Notes under the pieces: generated by a model
Database searches by the model: none
What the model saw: the letters and a program-made list of their open reading frames with translations, nothing else
Told to the model about the DNA's origin: nothing
Origin: a virus
Taxonomy: Duplodnaviria; Heunggongvirae; Uroviricota; Caudoviricetes
Direction: 5' to 3' (one strand)
IMG/VR virus record: IMGVR_UViG_2778261570_000018
Coordinates: 1 to 13,722 of that record
DNA length: 13,722 nt
Position numbers and translations under genes: made by a program
Part shown: positions 13,601-13,722 of the stretch, piece after piece
Layout of the letters: every line of letters starts with the position of its first letter
Numbering within the stretch: position 1 is the first letter of the stretch

Positions 13601-13722
13601 TTAACTAACAATCCAGTCCGTAGCAACAACATCCTCTGGAGCTAAATCAATAGCATGGATTTTCCCATCCCGGATAGTGCGCCAGTGCTTTCGTGATCCA
13701 CCTTCGGGCCACACCCATATAC
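13601..13722 (-). CDS. Possible 3' end of a minus-strand CDS truncated by the window edge (unknown product)
   Basis: One minus-strand frame is open across the last 120 nt and ends at TAA (plus 13601-13603): ...IWVWPEGGSRKHWRTIRDGKIHAIDLAPEDVVATDWIVS*. No start codon lies inside the window, so this cannot be confirmed. Confidence 0.25.
   Translation of the reverse strand, partial: IWVWPEGGSRKHWRTIRDGKIHAIDLAPEDVVATDWIVS

Larger units (their letters stand above)
216..13722. mobile_element. Accessory genomic island / decayed prophage-like region inserted next to glnS (boundaries not resolved; right end beyond or near the window edge)
   Basis: Phage-type cargo (Dam-like and C5-MTase-like genes, RdgC-like, gpV-like spike operon, gpX-like gene), two HigBA modules, and AT-rich segments alternating with more GC-rich ones. 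No integrase or att repeat was identified by eye. Confidence 0.35.

Noticed and set aside
1-13722. CRISPR arrays, tRNA or rRNA genes, IS elements or integrase
   Set aside because: I found no regularly spaced direct repeats, no cloverleaf-compatible tRNA-like segment, no transposase or integrase-like ORF, and no terminal inverted repeats typical of an IS element.

Overview
The window begins with the 3' end of a glutaminyl-tRNA synthetase gene (glnS-like, + strand) and its intrinsic terminator. Everything after about nt 216 reads as a horizontally acquired accessory island, most likely a decayed prophage remnant carrying later insertions. No integrase, transposase, tRNA, rRNA or CRISPR array is visible, and the island's right boundary is not resolved within the window. 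All calls are from reading the sequence and recalled family motifs; no database search was run.

Main content, in order:
- **Minus-strand block, 5980 to 264:** a translationally coupled four-gene operon (acidic protein, two unknown proteins, a gpV/gp5-like baseplate spike), a 13-bp perfect inverted repeat, then RdgC-like, a short C5-cytosine-methyltransferase-like protein and a Dam-family adenine methyltransferase.
- **Toxin-antitoxin loci:** two paralogous Rts1-type HigB/HigA modules in opposite orientations (6143-6854 on +, 10328-9757 on -), plus a stand-alone YgjM-type HigA-like gene (6911-7270).
- **Unknown cargo between the HigBA modules:** a strongly AT-rich gene for a 2-TM coiled-coil protein (7334-8113), and a coupled pair on the minus strand (9664-8149) encoding a LysM/tail-protein-X-like small protein and a 397-aa basic protein with a Cys/His cluster and long coiled coil.
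- **Right-hand region:** an unknown 217-aa protein whose RBS is directly preceded by an intrinsic terminator (10665-11370), two signal-peptide proteins in an AT-rich operon (11602-13081), and a small membrane protein with a strong sigma70-like promoter (13123-13559).

The best candidates for an undescribed system are the HigA-like regulator with the AT-rich membrane/coiled-coil protein, the LysM-like plus basic Zn-finger-like pair, and the leader-terminator-controlled 217-aa gene. None could be matched to a named defence system from sequence alone.
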